Below, one piece after another: positions 1-13,578 of a stretch of 64,000 nt of DNA. This stretch comes from Eledone cirrhosa (Eukaryota): positions 30,963 to 94,962 of the forward strand of contig CAXHJY010001456.1 of the NCBI GenBank assembly GCA_964016885.1, written 5' to 3'. The notes beneath the pieces are model-generated. The model was not told the DNA's origin and did not search any database. It saw only the letters and a list, made by a program, of their open reading frames with translations. Each line of letters opens with the position of its first letter. Within the stretch, counting starts at the first letter, position 1. A program made the translations under genes and the position numbers.

Positions 1-287
1 ATAATGAGTTCGTTGATGGGGAGAAAAAAATAATAATAAATTAAGGATGAAATTGAGATTAAAAAGATTTATGATAGAGAGAAAAAATAATAATGATTGC
101 GGATGAATATTCTAACGTCAAAACAAATGTTATGATTTTACAAGGAGAAGATAGAATGAGGGTAATGAGTAAACAAGTATTATAGAGTGTATAATGCCCT
201 TTAAAGTAAGGTAGATGGGTATATTTTAAAGAGGTGTATGTATATGTGCTTTTGAGAAAAGATTCTAAATTGATAAAGAATTGAATA

Positions 288-2053
288 TTAACTGTATACT
301 TTGTGAAAAGTTCTATGGAATTTATGCAGGCAGATAGAAAACAAATCTGTGCGTCTATTTATTATAGAATCTAGGTTAGAGATAATGGTAAATTTTTCAT
401 TTAGGCAGAGATTACAGATTTTAGATAGAGAGCTGTTCAAGTATGAGGATGCAGAAGAAATCTTCTTCCAAAAGATGGTATATTTAATGTTTTTGTCTTT
501 TAAGGACCATATGAGTTCTGAGAGAGCAGTGTTAGTTCTTTTAAGTTTGTATTTGAAAGATGAATGATGATTATAGAGACGAGCTTTAAAAGAGGTGGAA
601 GTGGAGCCAAAATAGGTGAAGGAATTGGTGCTAGTTATAATTTTACATTCATAAATTAAGTTTTTATCGAGACAATGGTTGTTGAGAGGACATTTATTTT
701 TAATGCGGCAGTTGCAATTAGAGAGATTATTAATGAGTGATCTAGTGTTATCTATAGAAGGAATTGGATTGGAGAAGTTGTTTGCGATAGGAATAATAGG
801 AATAATAGTTTCTTGATTTAGAGTTGGATTATGAACATTTAGCGAAGTCGTGTTTGACGTTGTATTTGGGTTTACAGAAGTTAGCCTAGGGTTTACAATG
901 ACGTCGGGAGTACTATTACTGTTATTATGAAATTCAATATTGGAAGGAAGATATTTAGTATTTAGTATTTTATTGTTGTGTTTAGAGATGATGTTGGAAA
1001 TATTGGAGGATGTAGAATACGAAAATTTGATGGTGTGTTTGTTAAATATTTTACTATAGATATGTGAGGGAGGGAAGCATTTATTTAAGGCACTAAAAAA
1101 TAGTTTAGGAATATTGTTATTAATAGAGATGGAGAAAGGAGCATTATACCAGATTATGTTTTTGTATCTAGGTCTTTTATTAAAATTATTGGAATGGTCA
1201 TGATTAATTATTCTACTGTAAGTTTTTCTAGAATTTGTTTCTTTATTATATTTGATTTTATCTGGATAGCCGGCTTTAGAAAGTGCGTTATTATAGTAAT
1301 TGGCGTTAGCATCAAAGATGTTTTTATTAGAAGATATGTTAGATATTCTATTTCCAATATTATTAACTATAGCATTCTTGATATTGGTAGGATGGTTAGA
1401 TTTAAAGTTAACATAATTAAGGTTCTCATTGTTTTTATGGTAAGGGTAATATAGGCCAGTGTCAAGATTAAGAGATACATCCAAGAAATTAGCTAGTTTG
1501 ATACTATTATCAAATTCAATTTTTAGGTTATGTTGGTTAAAGAGATTACGTATATTGTTCTTAATAATATTAAGGTTAACTATATTGCAATTTAGGATAG
1601 TAAAGAGTCCATCGTCACGATAAATTCCACCGCGAAGTTGAGGAATTTTCCGACTCAAAGAGTTCAAAATGAAGATACCAATTAAATCAGTCAATTGGGA
1701 TGAATCGGATGCTCCCATTGTGATGTCGAAGTTGTTAGAGGTATCGGTTCTGGTCCAATATTCGTTGTTGAACTCTAGGATGGTTTTACGTGCGGTGAGG
1801 ATGATGTGAAGTTCATCTGTGGTGATGTCAGAATATTTAAGTGCGAAAGATAGAGCATTATTGAGAAGTGAAGGCGAAATGGAGGAATAGTAGCTGGCAA
1901 TATCAAATTGAATAAATTTTAGTTTGTTTTTATTATCCAATTTGTTGAACCAGCCAATCACTTCAGAAGTACCAAACCATAAATTTAGGTTCAAAGAAGA
2001 GCAATTAGAACTAATCTGTGGGTTAATTCTATCCAAGATGGCTTTACTAATTC
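288..2053 (-). mobile_element. Penelope-like retroelement PLE-1, 5'-truncated: RT plus C-terminal GIY-YIG endonuclease
   Basis: ORF 288-2036 has RT motifs FDIASYYSSI, TMGASDSSQLTDLIG and IYRDDGL, a CNC..CPL..C linker, GIY-YIG-like LIYECKI...YFGSTSTSFKARLYNH and a C-terminal CxLC..EK..I..INRR. The frame is cut at about 2053. Confidence 0.92.
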
Positions 2054-2742
2054 CCTTCGTTAATTTTCAAATTCCTTTAATTTATACATTATCTTCCAAC
2101 GGTTCCCAACCTCTCTATGTTAAAACAATATATCTTTTTCTCAGTTATAAAAACTATCTCTTTCTCTCTATCACCCATCTCTCCCTCTCCACCTTCACTC
2201 TCATCTTCTCCCCCTTTTTTTCACCCCCCCCCTCCCTAAATAAAATATTTTATCCTCGCACATATCCTCCCTTCGTTAATTTTCAAAATTTTTAATTTAT
2301 ACAGTATCTTCCAACGGTTTTCAACCTCTCTATGTAAAAAATATATCTCCTCTCAGTTATAAAAACTATCTCTTTCTCTCTATCACCCATCTCTCCCTCT
2401 CATCTCCTTCCCTTTTCATCCTTTCCACCCCCCCTCTCTAAATAAAATATTTTTCCCAATATCACACATCAATCTAAAACCACTTTTCATATGTTGATTT
2501 AAAACTGCATTATCCACAAGTGTTTTTTAGCCTTCATATCATGTTCTCCTGTTTTATCTGATGAAAACACAAATATAATTGCATGATGATGTTTGTTTTT
2601 GAAATGCGCATAATAAAATATATGGAACTCCTTTAACCATCTTTTGATCTTATATTATGCATACTCCAGTCCTACAAACTGTAGAGTGCTTCTTATCCGA
2701 TATCTGCATTGCTTTATTTACTACAATAAAACTCACCTCCTA

Positions 2743-2745
<3 letters not shown>
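2053..2745 (+). mobile_element. Inverted pseudo-LTR-like segment (family A) with a ~216-bp tandem duplication and an HHR; possibly the inverted 3' end of PLE-1
   Basis: 2053-2268 is repeated at 2269-2460. 2500-2745 recurs at 26062-26459. It ends at (TA)n. The link to PLE-1 is inference. Confidence 0.6.
2551..2619 (+). ncRNA. Type I hammerhead ribozyme motif, family A
   Basis: gttttat-CTGATGA-aaacacaaa...tttgttttt-GAAA-TGCGCA-TA-ataaaat. Stem I pairs and the stem III region is palindromic. Confidence 0.85.
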
Positions 2746-3042
<297 letters not shown>

Positions 3043-3175
3043 TGCAAAAGTTTTATTTAAGATTGTTGGGTTACAACGAGTAAATATTTTATAACTGATA
3101 TAAAAGCACTCAACAGTTTCTGGAGTAGGTTTACGATATTAAACAAATGGAAACTATATTTATAAAACCATATTT

Positions 3176-3239
3176 ATTTCGTTATATATATTTCTGGGAT
3201 ATCATATTAAATATATGGTATGCCTTCCTCAGACAAAAT
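3176..3239 (-). ncRNA. Hammerhead ribozyme motif, family B
   Basis: Reverse complement of the 4870-4933 motif. Confidence 0.8.
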
Positions 3240-4869
3240 ACAATACATAAGCTGTTTTATAAATAATTATTGACATACCTTATAATAATGCAACTTCCAT
3301 TTAAAAAGTTGATTTGGTAGTGAAACTGTTATGACAGTTATATAGAAAGAAAAACGAAGATGAGAAGAAGAAGATGAAGAGATGTATGTAAATAAAAATA
3401 AAAAAAAGAAGAAGATGAAGAGATGTATGTAAAGAAAAACAACAGAGCGAGATAGAGAGACAAGGAGATATGGGAGAGAGAAATACATTGAGGAAGTGAA
3501 AAAATATAGTAAGCAGCTTTTGGACAGATGATCATCGTATATGTGAGAGGTTAAGGAGGGAAGGGATACAGTTAAACTAGCCGACACATAAATCACGTCC
3601 AGTGTATAGGAGAAAAAGAAAGAAAGATGATATATTTAAAATATATTAAAAATATATTATGTCTCATCCATTTGAATTATCAATTTTTATGAATTAGGTA
3701 TTATAATGTAAATATCAGTATTCATGAATGAGACAAATATCCATAATGTGTGAAAAAATCTTTTGAATAAATTTTTAAGCTGGATAAACTTCTATAATAA
3801 ATATAAGAGCATTTGTAGAATAAGTTTTGATTGATTTCTGCTAAATAAGGCTTGGTGAACAATCTTGGTTTTGTTTGCTTTTGATTCTGATTTTATGTGA
3901 CCGATATGCGTGGCATACTATGTTCTCTTGCGTCCCTAGATACTCTGTGGAGTCACGAAGATATTCTTGGCATTTTTAATTTTTAATATTGATATCTGTT
4001 GTCTACTCTATGCTTGATCGATAATCATGCAAGTGAGGCTGGAATGTTATTTTAAATGTTAATGTATATCTTATATATTTTATGTCTATATATATGTATA
4101 TATGTATGTAAATGTATGTAGGGTGGAATCTTTTGTAACGCAATGAAGTTTTTCATGAAATATAAGAATCTGTGGAGCATATCACATAGGTTCACAGGTG
4201 TGTCTATATTTATCAACTTTAATTTGAGATAACCTTCTCTTTTCTCTTTTTTTCTCTTTTTCTTTTTTCACGAGAATGCATATATACTTATGTTTGAAGT
4301 TTTATCTCAGATTTTGCTTATAGACCTAAGAATTTTTAAACTAAGCATGTGGTCATTTTGTTCACACATTATGGATATGTGTCTCATTCATGAATACTGA
4401 TATTTACATTATAATACCTAATTCATAAAAATTGATAATTCAAATGGATGAGACATAATATATTTTTAATATATTTTAAATATATCATCTTTCTTTCTTT
4501 TTCTCCTATACACTGGACGTGATTTATGTGTCAACTAGTTTAATTGTATCCCTTCCCTCCTTAACCTCTCACATATACGATGATCATCAATCCAAAAGCT
4601 GCCTACTATATTTTTTCACTTCCTCAATGTATTTCTCTCCCATATCTCCTTGTCTCTCTATCTCGCTCTGTTGTTTTTCTTTACATACATCTCTTCATCT
4701 TCTTCTTTTTTTATTTTTATTTACATACATCACTTCATCTTCTTCTCATCTTCGTTTTTCTTTCTATATAACTGTCATAACAGTTTCACTACCAAATCAA
4801 CTTTTTAAATGGAAGTTGCATTATTATAAGGTATGTCAATAATTATTTATAAAACAGCTTATGTATTGT

Positions 4870-4933
4870 ATTTTGTCTGAGGAAGGCATACCATATATTT
4901 AATATGATATCCCAGAAATATATATAACGAAAT
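4870..4933 (+). ncRNA. Hammerhead ribozyme motif, family B
   Basis: attttgt-CTGAGGA-(stem II)-GAAA-TATATA-TA-acgaaat. Confidence 0.8.
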
Positions 4934-4975
4934 AAATATGGTTTTATAAATATAGTTTCCATTTGTTTAATATCG

Positions 4976-5407
<432 letters not shown>

Positions 5408-5620
5408 TCGTTTCTGAATTTGTTTAGCAAGATTCTTTATCTGAAATCGTGTGTTGAAACCGATATTGTTATACTTTGGGAGGGTCATGTTGCCAATAAG
5501 AAACACACGCACCAGTTGCTTTCACTTCAATTTATTATATATTTATAAATTTACAAATCTACAAACTTATAAGTTTCTGGTTGGTTAGTTGGTTCCACAA
5601 CCAGATAGTTGTTTATATAT

Positions 5621-5665
5621 AGTCATAGTCCTTTCGTCACACACTCTGTGACCTCTTCAGTGACT
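5621..5665 (-). ncRNA. Hammerhead ribozyme motif in the PLE-2 pseudo-LTR, family C
   Basis: Minus strand: agtca-CTGAAGA-g-gtcaca(gagtg)tgtgac-GAAA-ggac-TA-tgact. Confidence 0.88.
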
Positions 5666-5962
5666 GGGGATTCCTTTCTTTGTTTCTGTGCCTTTCCTTT
5701 CTTCTATACTACGCCATTTTGTTTCTGTGTGTGTGTTGTGTGCTCAGTTTGCGCATGTGCCACATCCGGGTGTCTGTGTGTGTTTGTGTTCATTTATCTA
5801 TTTGTTTATTTATTTATTTATTGTTGGTTGGTTGTTTGTTCTATGTGTGTGTGTGTTTTCATTTTGTCCTGTGTGTGTTTTCATTTTGTCCTTAATTGTA
5901 AGTTGTTTGTTCTATGTGTGTGTGTGTTTTCATTTTGTCCTGTGTGTGTTTTCATTTTGTCC

Positions 5963-8665
5963 TTAATTGTAAGTTGTGATGTTGCTGTTCCACTCATATT
6001 TTCTATTTAATTTTGGTTTTAATTCTTTTATGCTTACTGCCTCTGTAATTTGCCTAAACATTGCGTCTTTTCTGTGTGTGGATTCTATTTTTATTTCTAT
6101 GCTCTCTAATCTACCCCTGTGTTCTATCTTAGCATGTTGGTATAGTACAGATGATTCTTTATTATCTTGAAGGTCTCGACAGTGTTCATTTATCCGTTCC
6201 CCTATACTACGAGCTGTCTCACCTATGTACACTATACTTTTGTTTCTACATTGTCCTTCAGTACATCTTATGCTATACACTACATTTCTAGTTTTACAGT
6301 TAATGTGGGGGCTTATTTTACAGGTTATACATTTCTTATCTATACATGAGGGTCTTTGGAACGGGTATGTCTTGCTAATAAGTGTTTTTACGGAGGTACC
6401 TGGTCTTTCTACTATCTTAATATTGAGATTATGTTTATTTAGGGCCCTTCTAAATTTATAGGCTAGTTCGCCTCTAGGGGTTGTATTGATGAACATTACA
6501 CTCTGGTATTTATTGCTATCATACCATGAGTTTATTCTATTGGCCTTGTTCCTAGTTCTTTCTATTCTATTCCAAAATTTGCTCCTATACAAGGGGCGGG
6601 TCCCATTTATGTCATTATTTATGATTTTTTCCCATTTGGTTCTGGCTCCTTTATGCACTCTGATTCTATCTCTCTGATTGTAGCCAGAGAACTGCATACG
6701 GTGGATGAAGTGTTGTATGTGTCTCTCTAGTTCTTCAGGGTTGCACATGCGGGACACATTTCTCATCACCCGTACCAAATCCGCAATCAGTATGTTGATT
6801 TTGGTATGGTCCGAAGTGGCCGAGTTTCGGTGGATCAGATGTTTGGAAGTCATGGGTTTGGCATAAAGGGAATGGAGGATTTGTTTTTGGTTGTTAATGG
6901 TATCTAACCAGAGCTCTGTGTCTAGTACAGGTAATTGATGATTGAGGTCTCTACTTGGGTAGTCTATAGTAACTCTAATGCTCTGGTGGATGGAGTTTGC
7001 TATTTGCTGGATGCTTTCCATTGTGTTTTTCTCTAGTTCCTGACTGTTCTTTAGTGGGGGTGTCTTAACTACGATGTTTATATCATCTACGTAGCGGGAG
7101 TACATTATCAGGGTTAAGCTGTCTTCTAATAGTTCATTAAGTTTTTGTTTAAGTCTACTGTCCCACCATACCATGAATAAGTTAGCTATGTCGCCTGCAA
7201 TGCTAACACCAATGGCTGCTCCTTCCTCTTGGGCATATGTTTTACCATTAAATTTGAACATATGTTCCTTAAGGGTTAATTTTATGCTGGCCCCTACCGC
7301 ATGTGCAATCATTTTCTTCAGTTCATCGTGGTTTTCGGCTGTCCGTATGGCTCTGGTCCACCCGTTCCATCTATCTGTGTGGGTTTTCTTGGCCATTGAG
7401 GTAATGGTAGGTGGTCTGCCTCTTGCTGGTCTTGTAGGGCACAGGTTGCTAAGGTCATAAGTGTCTAGGTAACTATTACTATGGGTAAGCTTAAGTAGAA
7501 GTCCCAGCTCACTGGTATCAATCCCACGGAACTCAACTTTGCTCTCGCTGATCATTTCTACGCATTTCTCCACACCAAAATCCACGTCAATAGATGGATA
7601 CAGGGACACAACATCCATACTGCCTATTATGCAGTTTGTTAGGTCCCCAAATCGGTTACCCGCGCCGATTTTCCTGAGGAGGTCCTCCGTGCTGTCACAC
7701 ACATCTGGGGACATCTCAATGATGGGGCGTATGATCAGGGAGAGGAAGTAGGACAGTCTGTAGTTACTAGCAATGTTAGCCCCACAGACCGGCCGTGTTG
7801 GTGGTCCCGCGACAGGGTCCCAGCCCGTTTTATGGTCTTTTCGAAGCCCATACAACGCCGGCACGTCATTGTTCCAGGCCTGGAAGTTGTTGGCAGTCCT
7901 TTTGTTGGGCTGCATTATATTCGTCCACATCACCATATGGGCATTGAGGGCTTTTTCTCTATCCTCATGCTCCTGTGGTGTTACCTCTCTTGTGTTAGTG
8001 ATGTGGGGTTGCATTGCCTGGATGTAGTTTGGCAGGCTGTCAACCGACATTCTGCCAGACTTGTCTGTTGGAAAACATGCTATCTCTCCATTACGCGAGC
8101 GCTGCATGAGCTTACGCAAGCCATTTGCAGATTCTTCTCCCAGTTGCTGGGCCTCTATTCTATTATGCTTATTGCTATACTGTTCTATAATATTTCTAAG
8201 TTCGGATTTAGCTATACTAAATTGTGCTTCTGTTTGTTCATCGACCTGCGACGGCAACTGCGTGCGTTTGTTAAATGGCAAAGTCGTGGCGTGGACTCGT
8301 CGTAGGTCGAATGATTTATCGGAGGGGTTATAAAACGGAGAGTTCCAGGCTGCTGCTTTATGTGTACTAGTGCTATTATTATTGTTAGTTGTGTTGTTTC
8401 TATTTCTATTTCCACCAACAGCCTCATGGTTGTTTCTATGTCTCTCATAATTACTCCTGTCTCTTTCCACTGGCTCAATGTTATTATCTACCCTATTTTG
8501 TGTGTCTGTGTGTTCGTCTTGGTTATTCTCTTTGTCCTTAGTCTCCCATCTCCTTTTCCTTTTAATCCTATTACTTTCTCTTATTTCTCTGATTTCTGTG
8601 CTACTGTCATTACTTGTTTTCTGTGTCTGTGTGTTTGTTAAGATTGTGGTGTTGGTGAGAGGCAT
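5963..8665 (-). CDS. PLE-2 reverse transcriptase / GIY-YIG endonuclease ORF
   Basis: PTDKSG, LYGLRKDHK, PTRPV, SMDVVSLYPSI, GAAIG, YSRYVDD, LPVLD and VVYSIRC..YIGETARSIGERINEH..EAVSI..LN. Confidence 0.92.
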   Translation of the reverse strand: MPLTNTTILTNTQTQKTSNDSSTEIREIRESNRIKRKRRWETKDKENNQDEHTDTQNRVDNNIEPVERDRSNYERHRNNHEAVGGNRNRNNTTNNNNSTSTHKAAAWNSPFYNPSDKSFDLRRVHATTLPFNKRTQLPSQVDEQTEAQFSIAKSELRNIIEQYSNKHNRIEAQQLGEESANGLRKLMQRSRNGEIACFPTDKSGRMSVDSLPNYIQAMQPHITNTREVTPQEHEDREKALNAHMVMWTNIMQPNKRTANNFQAWNNDVPALYGLRKDHKTGWDPVAGPPTRPVCGANIASNYRLSYFLSLIIRPIIEMSPDVCDSTEDLLRKIGAGNRFGDLTNCIIGSMDVVSLYPSIDVDFGVEKCVEMISESKVEFRGIDTSELGLLLKLTHSNSYLDTYDLSNLCPTRPARGRPPTITSMAKKTHTDRWNGWTRAIRTAENHDELKKMIAHAVGASIKLTLKEHMFKFNGKTYAQEEGAAIGVSIAGDIANLFMVWWDSRLKQKLNELLEDSLTLIMYSRYVDDINIVVKTPPLKNSQELEKNTMESIQQIANSIHQSIRVTIDYPSRDLNHQLPVLDTELWLDTINNQKQILHSLYAKPMTSKHLIHRNSATSDHTKINILIADLVRVMRNVSRMCNPEELERHIQHFIHRMQFSGYNQRDRIRVHKGARTKWEKIINNDINGTRPLYRSKFWNRIERTRNKANRINSWYDSNKYQSVMFINTTPRGELAYKFRRALNKHNLNIKIVERPGTSVKTLISKTYPFQRPSCIDKKCITCKISPHINCKTRNVVYSIRCTEGQCRNKSIVYIGETARSIGERINEHCRDLQDNKESSVLYQHAKIEHRGRLESIEIKIESTHRKDAMFRQITEAVSIKELKPKLNRKYEWNSNITTYN

Positions 8666-8995
8666 TGAATGCGTGTGTTGTTGTTGTTGATGTGTGTTGT
8701 TGTTGATGTGTGTTGTTGTTGATGTGTGTTGTTGTCTCCGTGTGTGTTATCGTTGTTGTGTGTGTTATTATTGTTGTTTGTGTCTGCGTGTCTGTTGTTG
8801 TTGTATCTGGGTATGTTGCTATTGTTGTTGTTGTTGGTGTGTGTGTTGTTATTGCTGTTTGTGTCTGCGTGTCTGTTGTTGTTGTATCTGGGTATGTTGC
8901 TATTGTTGTTGTTGTTGTTGATGTGTGTGTTGTTGTTATTGTTGTTTGTGTCTGTGTGTCTGTTGTTGTTGAGATGTGTGTTGTATATGTGTGTG
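8640..8995. repeat. (GTT)/(GT) low-complexity tract with a ~66-bp duplicated unit inside the PLE-2 N-terminal coding region
   Basis: Encodes Asn/Thr/His runs (NNNSNIPRYNNNRHADTN twice). The frameshift between ORFs 8638-9267 and 5963-8665 falls here. Confidence 0.85.
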
Positions 8996-9182
8996 CGTAT
9001 ATTGTTGCTTTTGTTTTTGATGCTCCAGCGTAGTTTTGTAAATGATTTTTCTATTTCTGACAGACAACTAATCATATTTACCTTCTTGAATGTCGCAAAT
9101 TTGGGTGGCAGACATAACACAGACATTTCATTATTATCTATTTCCGTGTTTCCATAAATGTTGGTATTTTCGTTGTTGAACC

Positions 9183-11285
9183 AAAAGACCATAAGACCAA
9201 AATACCATAAAACGGGCTGGGACCCTGTCGCGGGACCACCAACAAAGCCAGTCTGTGGGGATAACATTGCTAATAACTACAGACTGTCCTACTTCCTCTC
9301 CCTGATCATACGCCCCATCATTGAGATGTCCCCAGATGTGTGTGACAGCACGGAGGACCTCCTCAGGAGAATCGGCGCGGGTAACCGATCTGGGGACCTA
9401 ACAAACTGCATAATAGGCAGTATGGATGTTGTGTCCCTGTATCCATCTATTGACGTGGATTTTGGTGTGGAGAAATGCGTAGAAATGATCAGCGAGAGCA
9501 AAGTTGAGTTCCGTGGGATTGATACCAGTGAGCTGGGACTTCTACTTAAGCTTACCCATAGTAATAGTTACCTAGACACTTATGACCTTAGCAACCTGTG
9601 CCCTACAAGACCAGCAAGAGGCAGACCACCTACCATTACCTCAATGGCCAAGAAAACCCACACAGATAGATGGAACGGGTGGACCAGAGCCATACGGACA
9701 GCCGAAAACCACGATGAACTGAAGAAAATGATTGCACATGCGGTAGGGGCCAGCATAAAATTAACCCTTAAGGAACATATGTTCAAATTTAATGGTAAAA
9801 CATATGCCCAAGAGGAAGGAGCAGCCATTGGTGTTAGCATTGCAGGCGACATAGCTAACTTATTCATGGTATGGTGGGACAGTAGACTTAAACAAAAACT
9901 TAATGAACTATTAGAAGACAGCTTAACCCTGATAATGTACTCCCGCTACGTAGATGATATAAACATCGTAGTTAAGACACCCCCACTAAAGAATAGTCAG
10001 GAACTAGAGAAAAACACAATGGAAAGCATCCAGCAAATAGCAAACTCTATCCACCAGATCATTAGAGTTACTATAGACTACCCAAGTAGACACCCCAACA
10101 ATCGATTACCTGTACTAGACACAGAGCTCTGGTTAGATACCATTAACAACCAAAAACAAATCCTCCATTCCCATTATGCCAAACCCATGATTTCCAAACA
10201 TCTGATCCACCGAAACTCGGCCACTTCGGACCATACCAAAATCAACATACTGATTGCGGATTTGGTACGGGTGATGAGAAATGTGTCCCGCATGTGCAAC
10301 CCCGAAGAACTAGAGAGACACATACAACACTTCATCCACCGTATGCAGTTCTCTGGCTACAATCAGAGAGATAGAATCAGAGTGTATAGAGGAGCCAGAA
10401 CCAAATGGGAAAAAATGGTAAATAATGACATAAATGGGACCTGCCCCTTGTATAGGAGCAAATTTTGGAATAGAATAGAAAGACTAGGAACAAGGCGAAT
10501 AGAATAAACTCATGGTATGATAGCAATAAATACCAGAGTGTAATGTTCATCAATACAACCCCTAGAGGCGAACTAGCCTACAAATTTAGAAGGGCCCTAA
10601 ATAAACATAAACTCAATATTAAGATAGTAGAAAGACCAGGTACCTCCGTAAAACACTTATTAGCAAGACATACCCGTTCCAAAGACCCTCATGTATAGAT
10701 AAGAAATGTATAACCTGTAAAATAAGCCCCCATATTAACTGTAAAACTAGAAATGTAGTGTATAGCATAAGATGTACTGATGGACAATGTAGAAACAAAA
10801 ATATAGTGTACATAGGTGAGACAGCTCGTAGTATAGGGGAACGAATAAATGAACACTGGCGAGACCTTCAAGATAATAAAGAATCATCTGTGCTCTACCA
10901 ACATGCTAAGATAGAACACAGGGGTAGATTAGAGAACATAGAAATAAAAATAGAATCCACACACAGAAAAGATGCAATGTTTAGGCAAATTACAGAGGCA
11001 GTAAGCATAAAAGAATTACAACCAAAATTAAATAGAAAATATGAGTGGAACAGCAACATCACAACTTACAATTAAGGACAAAATGAAAACACACACACAC
11101 ATAGAACAAACAACCAACCAACAATAAATAAATAAATAAATAAATAAACAAATAGATAAATGAACACAAACACACACAGACACCCGGATGTGGCGCATGC
11201 GCAAACTGAGCACACAACACACACACAGAAACAAAATGGCGTAGGATAGAAGAAAAGAAAGGCACAGAAACGAAGAAAGGAATCC
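9183..11285 (+). mobile_element. PLE-2 inverted, 5'-truncated second arm (frameshifted)
   Basis: Near-identical reverse complement of about 5670-7840. It is split into ORFs 9158-10507 and 10758-11075 by single-base losses. Confidence 0.93.
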
Positions 11286-11330
11286 GCTGGAGAGAACTCG
11301 TCCATGGATCTCGGGAATTTTACACGCCTT

Positions 11331-11332
<2 letters not shown>
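11285..11332 (+). mobile_element. ~47-bp 3' tip of an RTE-like LINE fused to the PLE-2 pseudo-LTR
   Basis: ccgctggagagaactcgtccatggatctcgggaattt..cgccttag matches the reverse complement of 61511-61559. Confidence 0.85.
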
Positions 11333-11367
<35 letters not shown>

Positions 11368-11375
<8 letters not shown>

Positions 11376-12407
11376 AAGAATCAAAGAACTGTTCAAAACA
11401 TTATTGTGCTTACAGCTGTTTCCTCCAAACCGAGGTTTGGATTCTTCGGAGCAATTTATTAATGCATGGACAGTTAGATGACCTCCTTTTCAGCCGAGAG
11501 ACATACCGATACATATTCAAACATTGATACATATTCAAAAATTGGGGGTCAACATTCATTACAGAATTTAGACTGGCAGTACACACTTGGAGATTACATT
11601 TATATTAAGAGGTACAATCAAAAATCAAAAATACAGGTTAAAATACAACATGAAGATAAGCGGTTATATAGTGCAAATGTTATATGTGTGGCACGCATGT
11701 GCGTCTTGTTTATATAGTGTGGCAGAGAGATATGTGTGGTAGAGGCACTTAGGTAGGTAAACAAGAGTGTTAGGTTGGTAGATCTGGTGGTAAATTCTTT
11801 ATATGATTGATATAGTCTGTGTGTGGAGAAACATTATAAGCATTAAAAATAGTGCAAGCATTAAAAGTGTTAAAAGTATTGGAGATGCACAGCGCAGGGA
11901 AGTCAAGTATTTCATGTACTTCGGCATTTTCATGGTCAGGGGAGTGTATTTTTCGATTATATGCCCTTCACATAATGCACGACAATCCAGTTAGAGATCG
12001 TAGTCTGGTGTTCTTTAGTTCAATACAGGAGGCTGTTACGTTTCTAGAAACGCCATTGAATACCGCCCGGAAGTGTGTGTGTGGCTAAGGCGAGTTAATG
12101 CATGCGGGGAGGTAACTCTGGGGTTTCTATACCTAGCTATTAAAATGTGTCCCAATATAGACCCTAATTTCTAGAGTGATGCGCATCCTCCAAGAGAAAT
12201 TTTTAAAGCATAAAGTGTATTAACTATAGAGTAGTTTAACTAAGTTATGCTGAAGGTGATCATATTATTATGGTGGAATTTACCACCAGATCTACCAACC
12301 TAACACTCTTGTTTACCTACCTAAGTGCCTCTACCACACATATCTCTCTGCCACACTTTATAAACAAGACGCACATGCGAGCCACACATATAACATTTGC
12401 ACTATAT
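11368..12407 (-). mobile_element. Non-autonomous HHR-bearing element (family E) with a terminal inverted duplication
   Basis: About 11666-11797 is inverted at about 12276-12407. An HHR lies near the other end, and the element is (TA)n-flanked. Confidence 0.65.
11407..11453 (-). ncRNA. Hammerhead-like motif, family E (CCGAAGA core variant)
   Basis: tgct-CCGAAGA-a-tccaaacc(tc)ggtttgga-g-GAAA-CAGCTG-TA-agca. Confidence 0.72.
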
Positions 12408-12413
12408 AAATAT

Positions 12414-12476
<63 letters not shown>

Positions 12477-12691
12477 AATATATATATAAATATATATATA
12501 TAAATATATATATAAATATATATATATAAATATATAAATATATATATAAATATATATATATAAATATATATATAAATATATATATATAAATATATATAAA
12601 TATATAAATATATATATATATATATATAAATATATATAAATAATATATAAATATATATATATAATATATAAATATATATATATAATATATA

Positions 12692-12727
<36 letters not shown>

Positions 12728-13026
12728 AATATATATATATAATATATAAATATATATATATAATATATAAATATATATATATAATATATAAATATATATA
12801 TATAATATATAAATATATATATATAATATATAAATATATATATATAATATATAAATATATATATATAAATATATAAATATATATATATAATATATAAATA
12901 TATATATATAATATATAAATATATAAATATATATATATATAAATATATATATATATAAATATATATATAATATATAAATATATATATAATATATAAATAT
13001 ATATATAAATATATATATAATATATA

Positions 13027-13076
<50 letters not shown>

Positions 13077-13078
13077 AT

Positions 13079-13109
<31 letters not shown>

Positions 13110-13118
13110 ATATATATT

Positions 13119-13150
<32 letters not shown>

Positions 13151-13163
13151 ATATATATATATT

Positions 13164-13219
<56 letters not shown>

Positions 13220-13236
13220 ATAATATATATATATTT
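12405..13236. repeat. (TA)n/(TAAA) microsatellite
   Basis: Direct reading. Confidence 0.98.
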
Positions 13237-13533
13237 AAAAACAAATAACGAAACGAAATTAAATTTCGTTTCGTTTGTAACTCACTTTTGTATGACTGAC
13301 GCTCAAACAATCAAGTCAAAGATGTACATCCATATATGTATACTGAAATACTAGTATGTATATGAATACACACACGTATACATATGTAGATGTACCAAGT
13401 TTTTTTTTCACTGATCACTTTACTGTGAGTGGCCAGCTATTCTGTATGTAAACACACAGACAAACCGGTTTTTAGAGTCATACTGGTTTTTGAGGAAACA
13501 CCTTTCCTCTATTCCCCAGAAAGCCAGACAAGG

Positions 13534-13578
13534 AATATTGAACTAGTTTCGTTGTTGTTACAACTCATCAGCAATATT
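13534..13578 (-). ncRNA. Hammerhead ribozyme motif, family F
   Basis: Reverse complement of 14249-14293. Confidence 0.9.

Larger units (their letters stand above)
5407..9185 (-). mobile_element. Penelope-like retroelement PLE-2, long arm with 3' pseudo-LTR (about 5407-5960)
   Basis: 900-aa ORF plus an upstream frameshifted piece (LCLPPKFA..EIEKSFTKLRW, about 9020-9180). The 3' non-coding end recurs at 17329-18270. Confidence 0.93.

Noticed and set aside
7173-9867. ORFs antisense to PLE-2, and those antisense to the Gypsy, CR1-like and RTE ORFs
   Set aside because: They are shadow frames of transposon coding sequence without independent motifs.
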